Positions 18,834 through 29,893 are shown, numbered from the stretch's first letter. The stretch is DNA of 64,000 nt from Verrucomicrobiota bacterium (GCA_038209745.1 JBBQXJ010000006.1:19176-83175); one strand, 5' to 3'. Notes: generated by a model from the sequence alone, not told the origin. Program-made: numbers and translations.

Positions 18834-20906
18834 ATGGCAGCTGATAATTCCGTCGTCGCAAAAGTCGAACTCCCGCCGCTCGTCCCGCAGAAGCTCAAGT
18901 CCAAGCTCGCACCTACTCCCGGCGCGCCGAAATACACCGCCACGGTCAAGAACGCCGCCGGTGCCGACGTGACCCTCGGTTGCCCCGATGCGACGCGCGG
19001 GCTCATCGCGCTGATGGACGTCCATGCGGTCGTCGGAGGCGCAGCCTGTCACTGGGGCGGTCCCGCGGCCTTCGCCGAAGTGATGTCGGCGATCCATGGC
19101 CTGATGTTCCTGACCAAGGGGCGGCAGTGGTTCGAGGCGTTCAATTTCGTCAACGACGCCGGCCACACTGAGAACGGCATCTACGCCCTGCGGGCCAACT
19201 ACGGCTTCGACGGGATGACCTTCGAGACGCTCAAGGGCTTCCGCTCCATCGCCAGCAAGTTGACCGGCCACGGTGAATCGCACCTCAATCCCGAGGGCGT
19301 CTTTCTCTCCAACGGCCCGCTCGGCTCCGCGCTCCCGCAGGCCCAGGGACTCTCCATCGGCGACAAGCTCGCCGGCAGCGATCGCGTGACCATCGTCACC
19401 GTTTCCGACGGAGCCTCGATGGAAGGCGAGGCCAAGGAAGCCTTCGCCGCCATTCCCGGTCTTGCCGGTAAAGGCCGTTTGAACCCCTTCGTCATGGTGG
19501 TTTCAGACAACGACACCAAGCTCTCCGGCCGCATCACGAAGGACGCCTTCTCCATGCAGCCCACCTTCGAGGCCCTCTCCGTCCTCGGCTGGGATGTCCG
19601 CAAGGTGGAGCACGGCCATGATCTCCAGGCGGTCTACCTCGCCGTCGAGAAGGCCGTCGCCGACGCCAGGACCAACTCGAACAAGCCCGTCGTCATCTGG
19701 CTCAAGACCATCAAGGGCTACGGCGTGAAGTCCACCGAGGAGAACGCCACCGGCGGCCACGGCTTCCCGCTCGCCGACGGTGAAAAGATCATTCCCTTCG
19801 TCGACGAGATCTTCGGCGGCCACCCTCCCGACGAATTCAAGAGCTGGGCCGCCGCCCTCCGCGCCGATTGGGAAAAGTCCGACGCAGCCAAAAAGGCCAA
19901 AGCCGAAGCGGCCGCCGCCCTCCCGGCTCCCGCCGCCCCTGCGGTGAAGAAGAACAAGGTCCAGGCCGGTCTGGCCGATGGCGTCATCAAAGCGGCCAAG
20001 GAAGGCTACCCCGTCTATTCCGTCAGCAGCGACGTCCAGGGCTCCACCGGCATCAGCAGCTTCCAGAAAGCCACCGGCAACTTCATCGAAGTCGGCATCG
20101 CCGAGTCGAACATGATCAGCACCGCCGCCGGTCTCTCCAAGGTGGGCTTCATCCCCATCGTCGACACGTTCGGCCAGTTCGGCGTGACCAAGGGCAATCT
20201 CCCGCTGACCATGGCCGCCCTCTCCCAGGCACCCGTGATCGCGATGTTCTCCCATGTAGGCTTCCAGGACGCGGCCGACGGTGCCAGCCACCAGGCCACG
20301 ACCTATCTCGCCGCCGTCAGCGCCATTCCACACACCGTCGTCATCGCCCCGAGCTGCGCGGACGAAGCGGAAGCCTTCATGTACCAGGCGATCAAACGCA
20401 TCGGCGACGAGCGCGCCGCAGGCCATGATGGCGAGTCCGTCGTCTTCTTCGTGGGCCGCGAGAACTACCCCGTGAAATGGGTCGAAGGATCCACCTATCC
20501 TTGGGGCAAGGCGCAGGTCATCCAGGACGGCACCGACGTCGTCCTCGTGGGCTCCGGAGTGCTCTTCAACAAAGCGCTCGAAGCCGCCAAGATCCTCGCC
20601 TCGAAGGGCAAGTCCGCGACTGTGATCAACAACCCGTTCATCAACCTCGTCGATGTCGAGACCATCGGCGCGGCGGTGAAGAAGGCCGGCGGCCGTCTGG
20701 TCACCATCGAGGACCACCAGCTCATCTGCGGCATGGGTTCGCAGGTCAGCCACGCGCTGAGCAACGCCGGCATCGCCCACCGCGTGAAGAGCCTCGGCAT
20801 CAAGAACGAATTCGGCCAGAGCGCCTACACGGCCGAGGAACTCTACGTGAAGCACGGCCTCACCGGCCCCAAGATGGCCGAAGCCGCCCTTGAACTGATC
20901 GGCTGA
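18834..20906 (+). CDS. Transketolase (divergent, single chain)
   Basis: DAGH, LTGH, GPLG, ThDP-binding SDGASMEG..DN, TIKGYG, GIAESNM, DGASHQ, TIEDH. Confidence 0.85.
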   Translation: MAADNSVVAKVELPPLVPQKLKSKLAPTPGAPKYTATVKNAAGADVTLGCPDATRGLIALMDVHAVVGGAACHWGGPAAFAEVMSAIHGLMFLTKGRQWFEAFNFVNDAGHTENGIYALRANYGFDGMTFETLKGFRSIASKLTGHGESHLNPEGVFLSNGPLGSALPQAQGLSIGDKLAGSDRVTIVTVSDGASMEGEAKEAFAAIPGLAGKGRLNPFVMVVSDNDTKLSGRITKDAFSMQPTFEALSVLGWDVRKVEHGHDLQAVYLAVEKAVADARTNSNKPVVIWLKTIKGYGVKSTEENATGGHGFPLADGEKIIPFVDEIFGGHPPDEFKSWAAALRADWEKSDAAKKAKAEAAAALPAPAAPAVKKNKVQAGLADGVIKAAKEGYPVYSVSSDVQGSTGISSFQKATGNFIEVGIAESNMISTAAGLSKVGFIPIVDTFGQFGVTKGNLPLTMAALSQAPVIAMFSHVGFQDAADGASHQATTYLAAVSAIPHTVVIAPSCADEAEAFMYQAIKRIGDERAAGHDGESVVFFVGRENYPVKWVEGSTYPWGKAQVIQDGTDVVLVGSGVLFNKALEAAKILASKGKSATVINNPFINLVDVETIGAAVKKAGGRLVTIEDHQLICGMGSQVSHALSNAGIAHRVKSLGIKNEFGQSAYTAEELYVKHGLTGPKMAEAALELIG

Positions 20907-20933
20907 GCGTCGCCCAGTTCGTCCGCTTCCTTC

Positions 20934-20970
20934 AAAGCCCCGCCGGAGCGATCCGGCGGGGCTTTTGTTT
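20934..20970 (+). terminator. Rho-independent terminator after transketolase
   Basis: AAAGCCCCGCCGGA-GCGA-TCCGGCGGGGCTTT perfect hairpin followed by TGTTT. Confidence 0.9.
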
Positions 20971-21320
20971 GGCCGGGAACGGTCACCATCCCGGTCTCAG
21001 GATCGGTCCCAAACAATCATTTTCATCCACTTCCGTTCGGTCGATCACGCCACGCCGCGTTCGCAGACAACCCGGAATTCCGGCCCCGACAACGCCATGG
21101 GCTTGCCGATTCAGACTTGCCGAAAGCTTCAGGAGAGACGCCCCCCAAGAGACCTCCTTCGCCTTCACGCCAATCTGCCGACGTGACCAGTCGGATGAAC
21201 GAAGATTCTCGGTCGCGGTTTATAGACCCCCGCACATGGGTAAAACACCTGATGGGCAAAAGTCGGATAAGCGGAGGTAGTCGTTCTAATCCTATAAGTG
21301 GTATTCGAGAAACAAATATT

Positions 21321-24300
21321 ATGACTGGGAGAGGGCAATTGCAGGTCCGCAGCCGCACTGATTGTCTGGGGATGACGTCCGTGCAGCGCCACATGGCGCT
21401 AGGCTCCCTCCGTTCGCCGTTCGCAGGGCATTTCATCCAGCAGCTTGTCTGGACATCGCCTCGGCGGGTTTCGCTGGGAGCGCTGCGAGAGGCGTGGCGA
21501 ACGGTCTCTCGACGCCATGACGCCTTACGTTTCCAACTCGTCGAAGCTGCGACGGGAGATTTCATGGGAAACTTCGCCGAAGAAGTGGAACCCGTCATTT
21601 CCGAGGAGATCGGCATCGGAGAAAAGGACGCTTTGGAGCAGTTCCTTTCCTCCGACCGCAGCCGCGGCTTCAACCTCCGCGAGGCTCCGCTGTGGCGGGT
21701 GACCTTGCTTCAGGGATCCTCCTGGCCTTCCAGAATCATCTGGACCTTCCACCATCTCTTGCTCGACGGGCGCTCCCATTGGAACGTCTTCCGCGAAGTC
21801 CTCGTCCTGCTGGGTTTTCTTGCCAACCAGACCCCACCCGACCTGAAGAGAATCCCCACCTTCCGATCCTTTCTCGAGGTCCGAAGAGACCGTACCAAAA
21901 ATGGCGAAGCGGAGCTGTGGCGAACCGTGCTCGGAGGCGTTTCCTTCACTCCGTCATCAAAGGGTGCCTCGGCTCCAAGCGGTCCGGTCCGCCGCGGACG
22001 CGCGGAATTTGAACTGAGCATCGAATCGACGCTCGGTCTCCGGGAACTTTCTACCCGTGTGGATGTCTCGGTGCACAACATCGTGCAGGCCGCCTGGACC
22101 TTGACCCTCCACGAATTGGAACCCGCGGACATCGTTGTTTTCGGTTCGACCCGTGCCTGCCGGCATTGGGGCGGAAACCAGCAGCCCCATGCAGTCGGGA
22201 TGTTCATCAACACTGTCCCGTTCCCGGTCCGCATGAACCCCGCCGCTCCCCTCGGCGATTGGCTACGGAGCATCCGGGACCTTCAGCGGAGGCTCCGCCG
22301 AGGCGAACTGGCTGCCCCGGCCGAAATCCGCGAGTGGATCGGCCTCGACGCTGCGACCGAGCTGTTCGCCTCGATTCTCGTCTACGAAGACACCGACACA
22401 GCCGCGTCGTTCCCGCCCAACGTCGGCGTGGTCAAACTCGTCGAAAAATGCGACCTGCTGACCGTCGGCGTCGTTCTGGGCACCAAGCTCAAGGTGGTGG
22501 TCGAAGGACAGGAGACCGATCTCAATGGCCAATCGGTCAAAGAATTGGCGGCCTCCTTTAGCCGGAATCTTTCGAACCTCGGGCAGGCTGCTCCCGCCTC
22601 GCCGACGACGGGACTTTTCAAGCAGACCAGCCAGATCCAAGCCATTCCCTCTTCCTCTTTCGGTCCAATACTCGACTTTGACCGGAACAAGACCGTGGTG
22701 GATCTGATTCTCGAGTTCGCCAAGAGCCATGCCGATTCCCCCGCCATCGAACAGGGCGAACTCTGCCTGAGTTATTCGGAACTTGTAGAGGCGTCTGCGA
22801 ACTTGGGCGCCGTGCTCAGGGAAGCGGGGTTGCGCGACGAAGAACCTGTCATCCTATGCTTCTCCCGCACGGCCGACTTCGTGGTCGCGGCTCTCGGCGT
22901 CATGATGGCGGGAGGCGCCTACGTTCCGGTAGATCCGTCAGGGCTCCCGGCCCAAGCCGCGATCAGGGCCAGGGACTGTGCTGCGAGATTCGCCGTCACC
23001 GAAGAAAGTCATGCTTCCATCTTGGGCACTTCCGAGTGCCGCCTGTTCTCGGTTGAAAATCTCCCCCCATCAAATCCGGGGGAACGCGTCTCAAGGGCTC
23101 GGCCGTCGGGCCGGTCCTATATCATCTACACCTCGGGTTCAACGGGCCGTCCAAAGGGAGTCGAAGTGGAGCACCGCTCCCTCTCCTGCCTTGTTGCCCA
23201 CTACGGGACCGCCTTGAGCCTCGGGAGAAGCGACCGCATGACCTTCCTGGCGGCGACGACTTTTGATTTTTCGATAGGGGACATCTGGCCCTGCATGGCC
23301 CACGGAGCCTGCCTGATCATTCCCGCCGATCCGGAGGTGTTTGGTTCGCCCCGTGGAATCATCGAGTGGTTGGCCAGCTCCAAAGCGACCATCGCAGGGG
23401 TCGGCACCGCCCTGGTCGAGGTGATGTTCAGTCTCCGCTGGCCTTCGGCGATGCCGCTGCGGGTCTTGCTCACCGGCGGCGACGCCCTCCACTGCCACCC
23501 TCCCGCGGGATCTCCTTTTCGGTTCATCAACTGCTACGGTCCGACCGAGAACACCGTGGACGCGACCTGGGCCACGATTTTGCCGGGGCCCGGCCAAGCC
23601 CCCCCCGACATCGGCTACCCGATATCCAATGTGTCCGCCCATGTTCTGGATTCACACATGCGCCAAGTGGGAATTGGAATCGAAGGAGAACTCTACGTGG
23701 GAGGCGAACAAGTCGCCCGCGGCTACCTGAACCTGCCTGAAAAAACGAACCAAGTCTTTCTGGCGGATCCCTTCTCAGATCGACCCGGTGCTCGCCTCTA
23801 CAAGACGGGCGACATGGTCCGACGTCGCGAGAACGGATCGCTGGAGTATCTTGGACGGCGCGACAATCAGATTCAAATCCGAGGCCGCCGCGTCGAACTT
23901 GCCGAAGTCGAGGCGGCGATGCTCCGGGCTCCTGACGTGGTCCAGGTCTGCTGCAGACCTATCTACGACGGACGTTCGGTCAGCGGGATTACCGGGCACG
24001 CGGTGCTGGCGGAGTCCGCTCCGGAAGATTGGGAAACCAGACTTAGGGACCATCTCAACGCCACGTTGGATCCCGCGCTCATCCCGTCGCGGTTTGTCAG
24101 GCACGGCGCGTTTCCGGTGACCAAGCACGGCAAATTCGATCGCGAAGTTTTGGACCGTCTGGCAATGCCGACCGACCAGCCGATCGAGGACCTTCCGGAC
24201 GAACCCGTCGCCAGAGCGGTCACCAATACCTGGATCAAACATCTCGGCCCGCATTTCAAAACGGGCGACTCCTTTCAAATGCTGGGAGGCGACTCTCTTC

Positions 24301-25280
24301 TTGCGGTCAAGCTCGTGCTCTCCTTGGAGGAGAGTCTTGGAATACGCATAAGCACTTCGGAATTCCGCCTGACCGCAACGCTGGACGAGATCATTGCCCT
24401 GGTCCGGGGCAAGGAAAGGCAGGTCGGCCAACCCATCCTGATCTTCCGTCCCGAAGGAGATAGGATTCCCATATTCGCCATGTATGGAGTGGATGGCGAG
24501 GTGGCTTGGTTCCACAACCTCGCCACCCATCTTCCCCTTGGCCGAAAGCTCTATGGATTCCGGTCCCCCGCGACCGACGACATCGGCGCCTGCCAGCCAA
24601 CCTTGAAAAAGGCGGCAGCCGATGTGGCCCAGGCAATCTTGAAACAGTCCGGCACCCAGCCGGTCGCCCTCGTCGGCTATTCTTGGGGAGGCGTCCTCGC
24701 CACTGAGGTGGCTTCGCAACTCCGCGAAGCCGGCGGCGAGTGTGCAAAGATCTTCCTGATCGACTCCCAGCCACCTCCTCGCCCTTTGGGAATACCGGCC
24801 CGCGCGCTTCATTTTGCACGTTGGATGCCATCCCTTCTCCTCGAGATCGCCAAAGGACGCGGTCTCCGCGCGAGATTTCGAGAATTCAAAGAGGAACATC
24901 AACTGGCGGAGCAGCTGGTCAGGGGCACCGCAGCCCCTCCTTCCTATCTGAACTGGTCGAAGGAAATCGAATTTGCCCACCACTGGCTTGCCGCGCGCCA
25001 TTCGTTTTCCATCCCAACCGACTTGTCCCTGACTCTCTTCCGTTCCGAAAATGACACCGTCGCACGGGCCCATCCGATGAACCCTTATTTGGGACAGTTC
25101 AGACCCTGCTGGGGCTGGAGCCATTGGGTGGACCGCGGTCCCACGATCCATCAACTCTCCTCAGCCCATGTGGACTTGATCAAGAGTCCGTGCAGCAAGG
25201 TGATCGCCCATCTCATTGAAGCGGAACTGACAGAAGCCGAGGACTCCGTTCGTCCCTCACCGAAGAGAACGATCAGCTAG
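21321..25280 (+). CDS. Single-module non-ribosomal peptide synthetase (C-A-T-TE)
   Basis: C: HHLLLDG. A: YTSGSTGRPKG, NCYGPTE, GELYVGG, YKTGD. T: LGGDSL. TE: GYSWGG. Start placed at ATG 21321; the ORF is open from 21117. Confidence 0.9.
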   Translation: MTGRGQLQVRSRTDCLGMTSVQRHMALGSLRSPFAGHFIQQLVWTSPRRVSLGALREAWRTVSRRHDALRFQLVEAATGDFMGNFAEEVEPVISEEIGIGEKDALEQFLSSDRSRGFNLREAPLWRVTLLQGSSWPSRIIWTFHHLLLDGRSHWNVFREVLVLLGFLANQTPPDLKRIPTFRSFLEVRRDRTKNGEAELWRTVLGGVSFTPSSKGASAPSGPVRRGRAEFELSIESTLGLRELSTRVDVSVHNIVQAAWTLTLHELEPADIVVFGSTRACRHWGGNQQPHAVGMFINTVPFPVRMNPAAPLGDWLRSIRDLQRRLRRGELAAPAEIREWIGLDAATELFASILVYEDTDTAASFPPNVGVVKLVEKCDLLTVGVVLGTKLKVVVEGQETDLNGQSVKELAASFSRNLSNLGQAAPASPTTGLFKQTSQIQAIPSSSFGPILDFDRNKTVVDLILEFAKSHADSPAIEQGELCLSYSELVEASANLGAVLREAGLRDEEPVILCFSRTADFVVAALGVMMAGGAYVPVDPSGLPAQAAIRARDCAARFAVTEESHASILGTSECRLFSVENLPPSNPGERVSRARPSGRSYIIYTSGSTGRPKGVEVEHRSLSCLVAHYGTALSLGRSDRMTFLAATTFDFSIGDIWPCMAHGACLIIPADPEVFGSPRGIIEWLASSKATIAGVGTALVEVMFSLRWPSAMPLRVLLTGGDALHCHPPAGSPFRFINCYGPTENTVDATWATILPGPGQAPPDIGYPISNVSAHVLDSHMRQVGIGIEGELYVGGEQVARGYLNLPEKTNQVFLADPFSDRPGARLYKTGDMVRRRENGSLEYLGRRDNQIQIRGRRVELAEVEAAMLRAPDVVQVCCRPIYDGRSVSGITGHAVLAESAPEDWETRLRDHLNATLDPALIPSRFVRHGAFPVTKHGKFDREVLDRLAMPTDQPIEDLPDEPVARAVTNTWIKHLGPHFKTGDSFQMLGGDSLLAVKLVLSLEESLGIRISTSEFRLTATLDEIIALVRGKERQVGQPILIFRPEGDRIPIFAMYGVDGEVAWFHNLATHLPLGRKLYGFRSPATDDIGACQPTLKKAAADVAQAILKQSGTQPVALVGYSWGGVLATEVASQLREAGGECAKIFLIDSQPPPRPLGIPARALHFARWMPSLLLEIAKGRGLRARFREFKEEHQLAEQLVRGTAAPPSYLNWSKEIEFAHHWLAARHSFSIPTDLSLTLFRSENDTVARAHPMNPYLGQFRPCWGWSHWVDRGPTIHQLSSAHVDLIKSPCSKVIAHLIEAELTEAEDSVRPSPKRTIS

Positions 25281-25409
25281 AATCTGTCGCCCCTTCCGGT
25301 TCCATAGGGGCAATCATGTGACGAACCCGGAGCGACGAACCGGCCCGACCCCGATTTCCCGTTTGCCTGCCTTCCCGCCGGTCGCCTACGTTGCCCCGCT
25401 TTGCGACCC

Positions 25410-27131
25410 ATGAAATCTGCGCCTGTCCAACAACGCCCCGTCCGTGTCGGCATGATCTCCCTTGGCTGCGCCAAGAATCTGGTGGACGCCGAGATCATGC
25501 TCGGTTCGCTCATGAAGGCCGGCATCGAGATCACCAACGACGCCAGCGCCGCCGACGTGGTCATCGTCAACACCTGCTCGTTCATCGACGCCGCCCAGGA
25601 AGAAAGCGTCGACACGATCCTCGAATCCAACGCCCTCCGCGACGCCGACAATCGCGGCCAGGGCCTGATCGTCTCGGGTTGCCTGTCCCAGCGTTTCCGC
25701 GAAGAGCTGCCCAAGCTCATGCCCGAGGTGGACGTGTTCATGGGCATCGACCAGGTCGCGCAGATTCCCGAACTGGTGCAAGAGGCCATCGCCCGTCGTG
25801 CCGCCCGCCTTGCCGACGCTGACAAACCCCGCGCGCGCAGCTCGAAGAAGAAGGTCGCCGCCATGCTCGCCGAACTGGGCGGGTCCAAGCAAAGCCACAG
25901 CCACGACCACGAGGAGTCGATCCGCGGCACCGACAAGTTCGGCAAGACGAAGCTGACCCTGAGCTCCACTCCGGCGACGGGTATCGGGCATCAGGAATCC
26001 GTCACCAGGGACCTGTCTTCGCCCCTCCTCGACGTCACCCTTCGCCCCGTCTACATCCCGGACTACAACACGCCCCGGTTCCGGCTCACCCCGAAACATT
26101 TCGCCTACCTGAAGATCGCCGAAGGCTGCAACCACCCGTGCAGCTTCTGCATCATCCCCCGGATGCGCGGCAGCCACCGCAGCCGCACCCAGGCCGACAT
26201 CGTGGCCGAGGCCAAGGCGCTCATCGCCGACGGCGTGAAGGAGATCAACCTGATCTCGCAGGATTCCACCTACTACGGCCTCGACCTCCGCGCGAACCAC
26301 AGCCGAGCCATCTCCTCGCCCGAGAAGTTCAACGCCGCCGCCAAAGCGCTTCCCGCCGATGCCACCACGCTCGGCACGCTCCTCCGCGAACTGAACGCGC
26401 TGAAGGGCAACTTCTGGATCCGCCTCCTCTACACCCACCCGGCGCACTGGACCGACGAGCTCATCCAGACCATCGCCGAGTGCCAGAAGGTCGCCCGCTA
26501 CGTGGACATCCCGCTCCAGCACATCCACGACGTCATGCTGGAACGCATGCGCCGCGAGACCTCCGGCCAATACATCCGCGACCTCATCGCCAAAATCCGA
26601 GCGGGCATCCCGGGAATCGCCCTCCGGACGACCTTCATCGTCGGCTTCCCCGGCGAATCCGAAGCGCACCACCAGACCCTCCTCGACTTCATCCGCGAGA
26701 CGAAGTTCGAGCGGCTCGGCGTCTTCAGCTACAGCAAGGAAGACGGCACCCGCGCCGGCGGCATGGAGCAGCAGCTCACGCCGAAACAGAAACAGAAGCG
26801 CCACGAACGCGCCATGGCCGAGCAGCACACCGTCGCCGTCGCCGTCGCAGAATCTTTCGTCGGCCGCACGCTCAAGGTCTTGGTGGAAGGCGAAGCCAGC
26901 GCGAAGGAACTCCAGAAGGCCCGCATCAGCTCTTGGGAACACGGCCTCATCCGCGAAGCCGACTCGGGCACCACCAAGCTCAAAGGCCGCTACCTCGTGG
27001 CCCGAGGCGAAGCCGACGCCCCCGACATCGACGGCCGTGTCTACATCCGGGGTCAGCTCCCCATTGGCAAGTTCGCCAAGGTCCGAATCGTCGCCCACAC
27101 CGACTACGACCTGATCGCGGAGCCGGTTTAG
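25410..27131 (+). CDS. rimO: Ribosomal protein S12 methylthiotransferase
   Basis: SLGCAKNLVDAE, NTCSFI, AEGCNHPCSFCIIP (radical SAM CxxxCxxC), DAPDIDG, YDL TRAM end. Confidence 0.93.
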   Translation: MKSAPVQQRPVRVGMISLGCAKNLVDAEIMLGSLMKAGIEITNDASAADVVIVNTCSFIDAAQEESVDTILESNALRDADNRGQGLIVSGCLSQRFREELPKLMPEVDVFMGIDQVAQIPELVQEAIARRAARLADADKPRARSSKKKVAAMLAELGGSKQSHSHDHEESIRGTDKFGKTKLTLSSTPATGIGHQESVTRDLSSPLLDVTLRPVYIPDYNTPRFRLTPKHFAYLKIAEGCNHPCSFCIIPRMRGSHRSRTQADIVAEAKALIADGVKEINLISQDSTYYGLDLRANHSRAISSPEKFNAAAKALPADATTLGTLLRELNALKGNFWIRLLYTHPAHWTDELIQTIAECQKVARYVDIPLQHIHDVMLERMRRETSGQYIRDLIAKIRAGIPGIALRTTFIVGFPGESEAHHQTLLDFIRETKFERLGVFSYSKEDGTRAGGMEQQLTPKQKQKRHERAMAEQHTVAVAVAESFVGRTLKVLVEGEASAKELQKARISSWEHGLIREADSGTTKLKGRYLVARGEADAPDIDGRVYIRGQLPIGKFAKVRIVAHTDYDLIAEPV

Positions 27132-27216
27132 ACCCCTTCGCCGTGGGGCAACGCTGCTGCGGAGTGTTCTGCCGCAGAAAATCAAACGACCCTGAAGGGG
27201 CCGATGACGCCTTGGC

Positions 27217-29070
27217 TCACGCCTTCGGCCGCATCTGAGGGAAGAGGATGACGTCGCGGATGCTTTCCTGGCCGAGGAGCATCATGCAGAGGCGGTCGAT
27301 GCCGATGCCGATGCCGCCAGCGGGGGGCATGCCGTGCTCCAACGCCACGAGAAAGTCCTCGTCGAGCTTCTGCTGTTCGCCGCCGGCCTGGTGTTGGAGC
27401 GCCTGGCGCTGGGCGACGGGGTCGTTCTGCTCGGTGTAGCCGGGGGCAATTTCCTGGCCGTTGATGCAGCACTCGAAGACTTCGACGGTGGTCGGGTCGT
27501 CGGGGGTGAGCTTGGCGAGGGGGACGAGTTCCTTCGGCAGGTGGGTGACGAAGGTGGGGTTGATGAGCGTGGGCTCGATCAGCTTTTCAAAGACCGCGCC
27601 GGTGACCTCGAAGTCCTCGTAGCCGGCGGCGATGTCGCCCGAGAGTTTGAGGTCCTCGATGGCGCGGCGGCGGCGTTCGTCGGAGCTGACTTCGAACCAA
27701 TCCTGACCGGCGACTTCGCGGACGAGATCCTTGTATTTCGCGCGGCGCCAGTTGGGAGTGAGGTCGATGACCTTCTCCTGAGTCAGTTTGCTCAATGTTT
27801 CCTTTGAAGCCTCAAATTCTGATGCGACTTCAGCCAGAACCTTGTGCCAAGGCTCGATGTCTCGAACGACAATCCGTTCGGACGTTTCTTCTCGGTTGCG
27901 GATTTCATCCTTCGTGACAGCTAGGTCAACCATTCCGCGTTTCATCAAATCCAGAGCCGCTGCTGCAACTTCGTGTGCCGGCTGATTCTCAAGGGCTTTG
28001 ATCAAGGCTCTTAGATCATGAGGAACCCCTTCTGCGGCTTCACCAAACCAACTCGCAACCAACTTGGTCTTCCTCGCCTTTGCCATCTCGACAAACGTTT
28101 GACCGAATTCTCCTTCAAACTTGTGCAAAACGCGACGGATCGCGGCTTCGGTTTCGCTCTTCTTGCTGTGAGTGATTCGCAGCGTCCCCAGCACCTTCTG
28201 CGCGACGGTCGTGATAAGGGTTTCCACCGTCTCCATCATGGTCTCGTAGTCGCCGAAGGCCTCGTAGGCTTCCAGCATGGTGAACTCCGGGTTGTGCCGG
28301 CGCGAGAGGCCTTCGTTGCGGAAGTTCTTCCCGATCTCGAAGAGCTTGTCCACGCCGCCCACGAGCAGCCGCTTGTGATACAGCTCGAGCGCGATGCGGA
28401 GATAGAATTCGCAGCCGAGCGCGTTGTGCTTGGTCACGAAGGGAGCCGCCGCCGCACCGCCGGGAATGGGCTGCATGGCGGGCGTCTCCACCTCCACGTA
28501 GCCGCGGTCGTGGAAGAAGGCGCGGATCTCGTGGACGATCCTGGAACGATTGAGGAAGACGTTCTTCACGTCGTCGTTCGCCATCAGGTCGAGGTAGCGC
28601 TGGCGGTAGCGGATCTCGGTGTCGGCGAGGCCGTCCCACTTGCCCGGGGGCGGACGGAGGGCCTTGGCGAGGATTTTGAACTCGGTGACCTTGACGCTGA
28701 TCTCGCCGGCGCGGGTCTTGAAAAGAGTGCCCTGGACGCCGATGAAGTCGGCGAGGTCGAGGTGCTTGAAAATCTCGAATCCGTCCGGCTGCGATTGATC
28801 GAGGGTCTGCTTCTGCGCGTAGAGCTGGATGCGGCCGGTGGCGTCCTTCAGATCGAGGAACTGGCTCTTGCCCATGTCGCGATGGGCGGTGATGCGGCCG
28901 GCGAGGGCGACGGTCTGGCCTTCGGCGAACTCGCCCTTCTCGAACTTCTCGCGGGCTTCGCCACACCGGACGTCGGGTTTGAACTTGTTCTTGAACGGAT
29001 CGAGGCCCTTGGACTGGAGAGAGGCCAGCTTGCTGCGACGTTGTTCGATGAGCGCGTTCGTATCTTCCAT
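27217..29070 (-). CDS. lysS: Lysine--tRNA ligase (class II) with ~130-aa internal insertion
   Basis: OB fold, [58 protein letters not shown]. Confidence 0.96.
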   Translation of the reverse strand: MEDTNALIEQRRSKLASLQSKGLDPFKNKFKPDVRCGEAREKFEKGEFAEGQTVALAGRITAHRDMGKSQFLDLKDATGRIQLYAQKQTLDQSQPDGFEIFKHLDLADFIGVQGTLFKTRAGEISVKVTEFKILAKALRPPPGKWDGLADTEIRYRQRYLDLMANDDVKNVFLNRSRIVHEIRAFFHDRGYVEVETPAMQPIPGGAAAAPFVTKHNALGCEFYLRIALELYHKRLLVGGVDKLFEIGKNFRNEGLSRRHNPEFTMLEAYEAFGDYETMMETVETLITTVAQKVLGTLRITHSKKSETEAAIRRVLHKFEGEFGQTFVEMAKARKTKLVASWFGEAAEGVPHDLRALIKALENQPAHEVAAAALDLMKRGMVDLAVTKDEIRNREETSERIVVRDIEPWHKVLAEVASEFEASKETLSKLTQEKVIDLTPNWRRAKYKDLVREVAGQDWFEVSSDERRRRAIEDLKLSGDIAAGYEDFEVTGAVFEKLIEPTLINPTFVTHLPKELVPLAKLTPDDPTTVEVFECCINGQEIAPGYTEQNDPVAQRQALQHQAGGEQQKLDEDFLVALEHGMPPAGGIGIGIDRLCMMLLGQESIRDVILFPQMRPKA

Positions 29071-29368
29071 AAACAGAGCGCGGACTAAACCACAGCCCGG
29101 GGAAAAGCGGAAAGCGGAAAGAGGCGCCGCGGTTGGGCGATGGCTCCGGCCGAGCCGCCTGCGGGCCAAAAGGATTTTCAGACAGGTTTCTCTGGCAAGT
29201 CCGAGACGCCCCGCCGTCGCCAGAGTGGCGGTCCCGTCGTCGGCAACTCAAACGGCGGTTTGGCGGGAGCGAGCGCCCTACCGTTCGCAGCGGAATCGCT
29301 TTCAGTCCGTCGGATCCCGCTTTCCCGCTTCCCGGTCGGCTTCCGGCTGCCTACGCTCAGCGCGTTCT

Positions 29369-29866
29369 ATGGCCAGACCCCTTGTCGGAATCATCATGGG
29401 CAGCAAGTCGGATTGGGAAACCATGCAGCACGCGGCGGCCCAGTTGGACGCGTTGCAGGTGCCCTACGAAGCCCAGGTCGTGTCCGCGCACCGGACGCCG
29501 GACCTGCTCTTCGAGTATGCCGCCGCCGCCGCCGGACGCGGGCTGGAGGTCATCATCGCCGGCGCCGGAGGGGCGGCCCATCTCCCGGGAATGTGCGCCA
29601 GCAAGACTCCCCTGCCCGTCCTCGGCGTGCCGGTGGAATCCAAGGCGCTCAAGGGCATGGACTCGCTCCTGAGCATCGTCCAGATGCCCGGCGGCGTTCC
29701 GGTCGGCACCATGGCGATCGGCAAAGCCGGGGCGATCAACGCGGCGCTCCTCGCCACCGCCATCCTTGGGAACAAACATCCCGGGTTCCGCGCGGCCTAC
29801 GAAGCCTTCCGAGCCGAGCAGACGGCCAAGGTGCTGGCCGATCGCGAGCTGCCGCCGAAGGGCTGA
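29369..29866 (+). CDS. purE: N5-carboxyaminoimidazole ribonucleotide mutase
   Basis: [33 protein letters not shown]. Confidence 0.97.
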   Translation: MARPLVGIIMGSKSDWETMQHAAAQLDALQVPYEAQVVSAHRTPDLLFEYAAAAAGRGLEVIIAGAGGAAHLPGMCASKTPLPVLGVPVESKALKGMDSLLSIVQMPGGVPVGTMAIGKAGAINAALLATAILGNKHPGFRAAYEAFRAEQTAKVLADRELPPKG

Positions 29867-29893
29867 TCTCAAGGTTCCATGTCGGATCTTCGC

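Noticed and set aside
21236..21261. ATGGG(T/C)AAAA direct repeat upstream of the NRPS as an operator or c-di-GMP riboswitch
   Set aside because: Only two 10-bp copies and no riboswitch stem architecture. Too weak to call.
27775..28170. Intein or self-splicing intron in lysS
   Set aside because: No terminal His-Asn/Cys-Ser-Thr junction, no LAGLIDADG/HNH motif and no recognisable group I/II ends. The frame is continuous.
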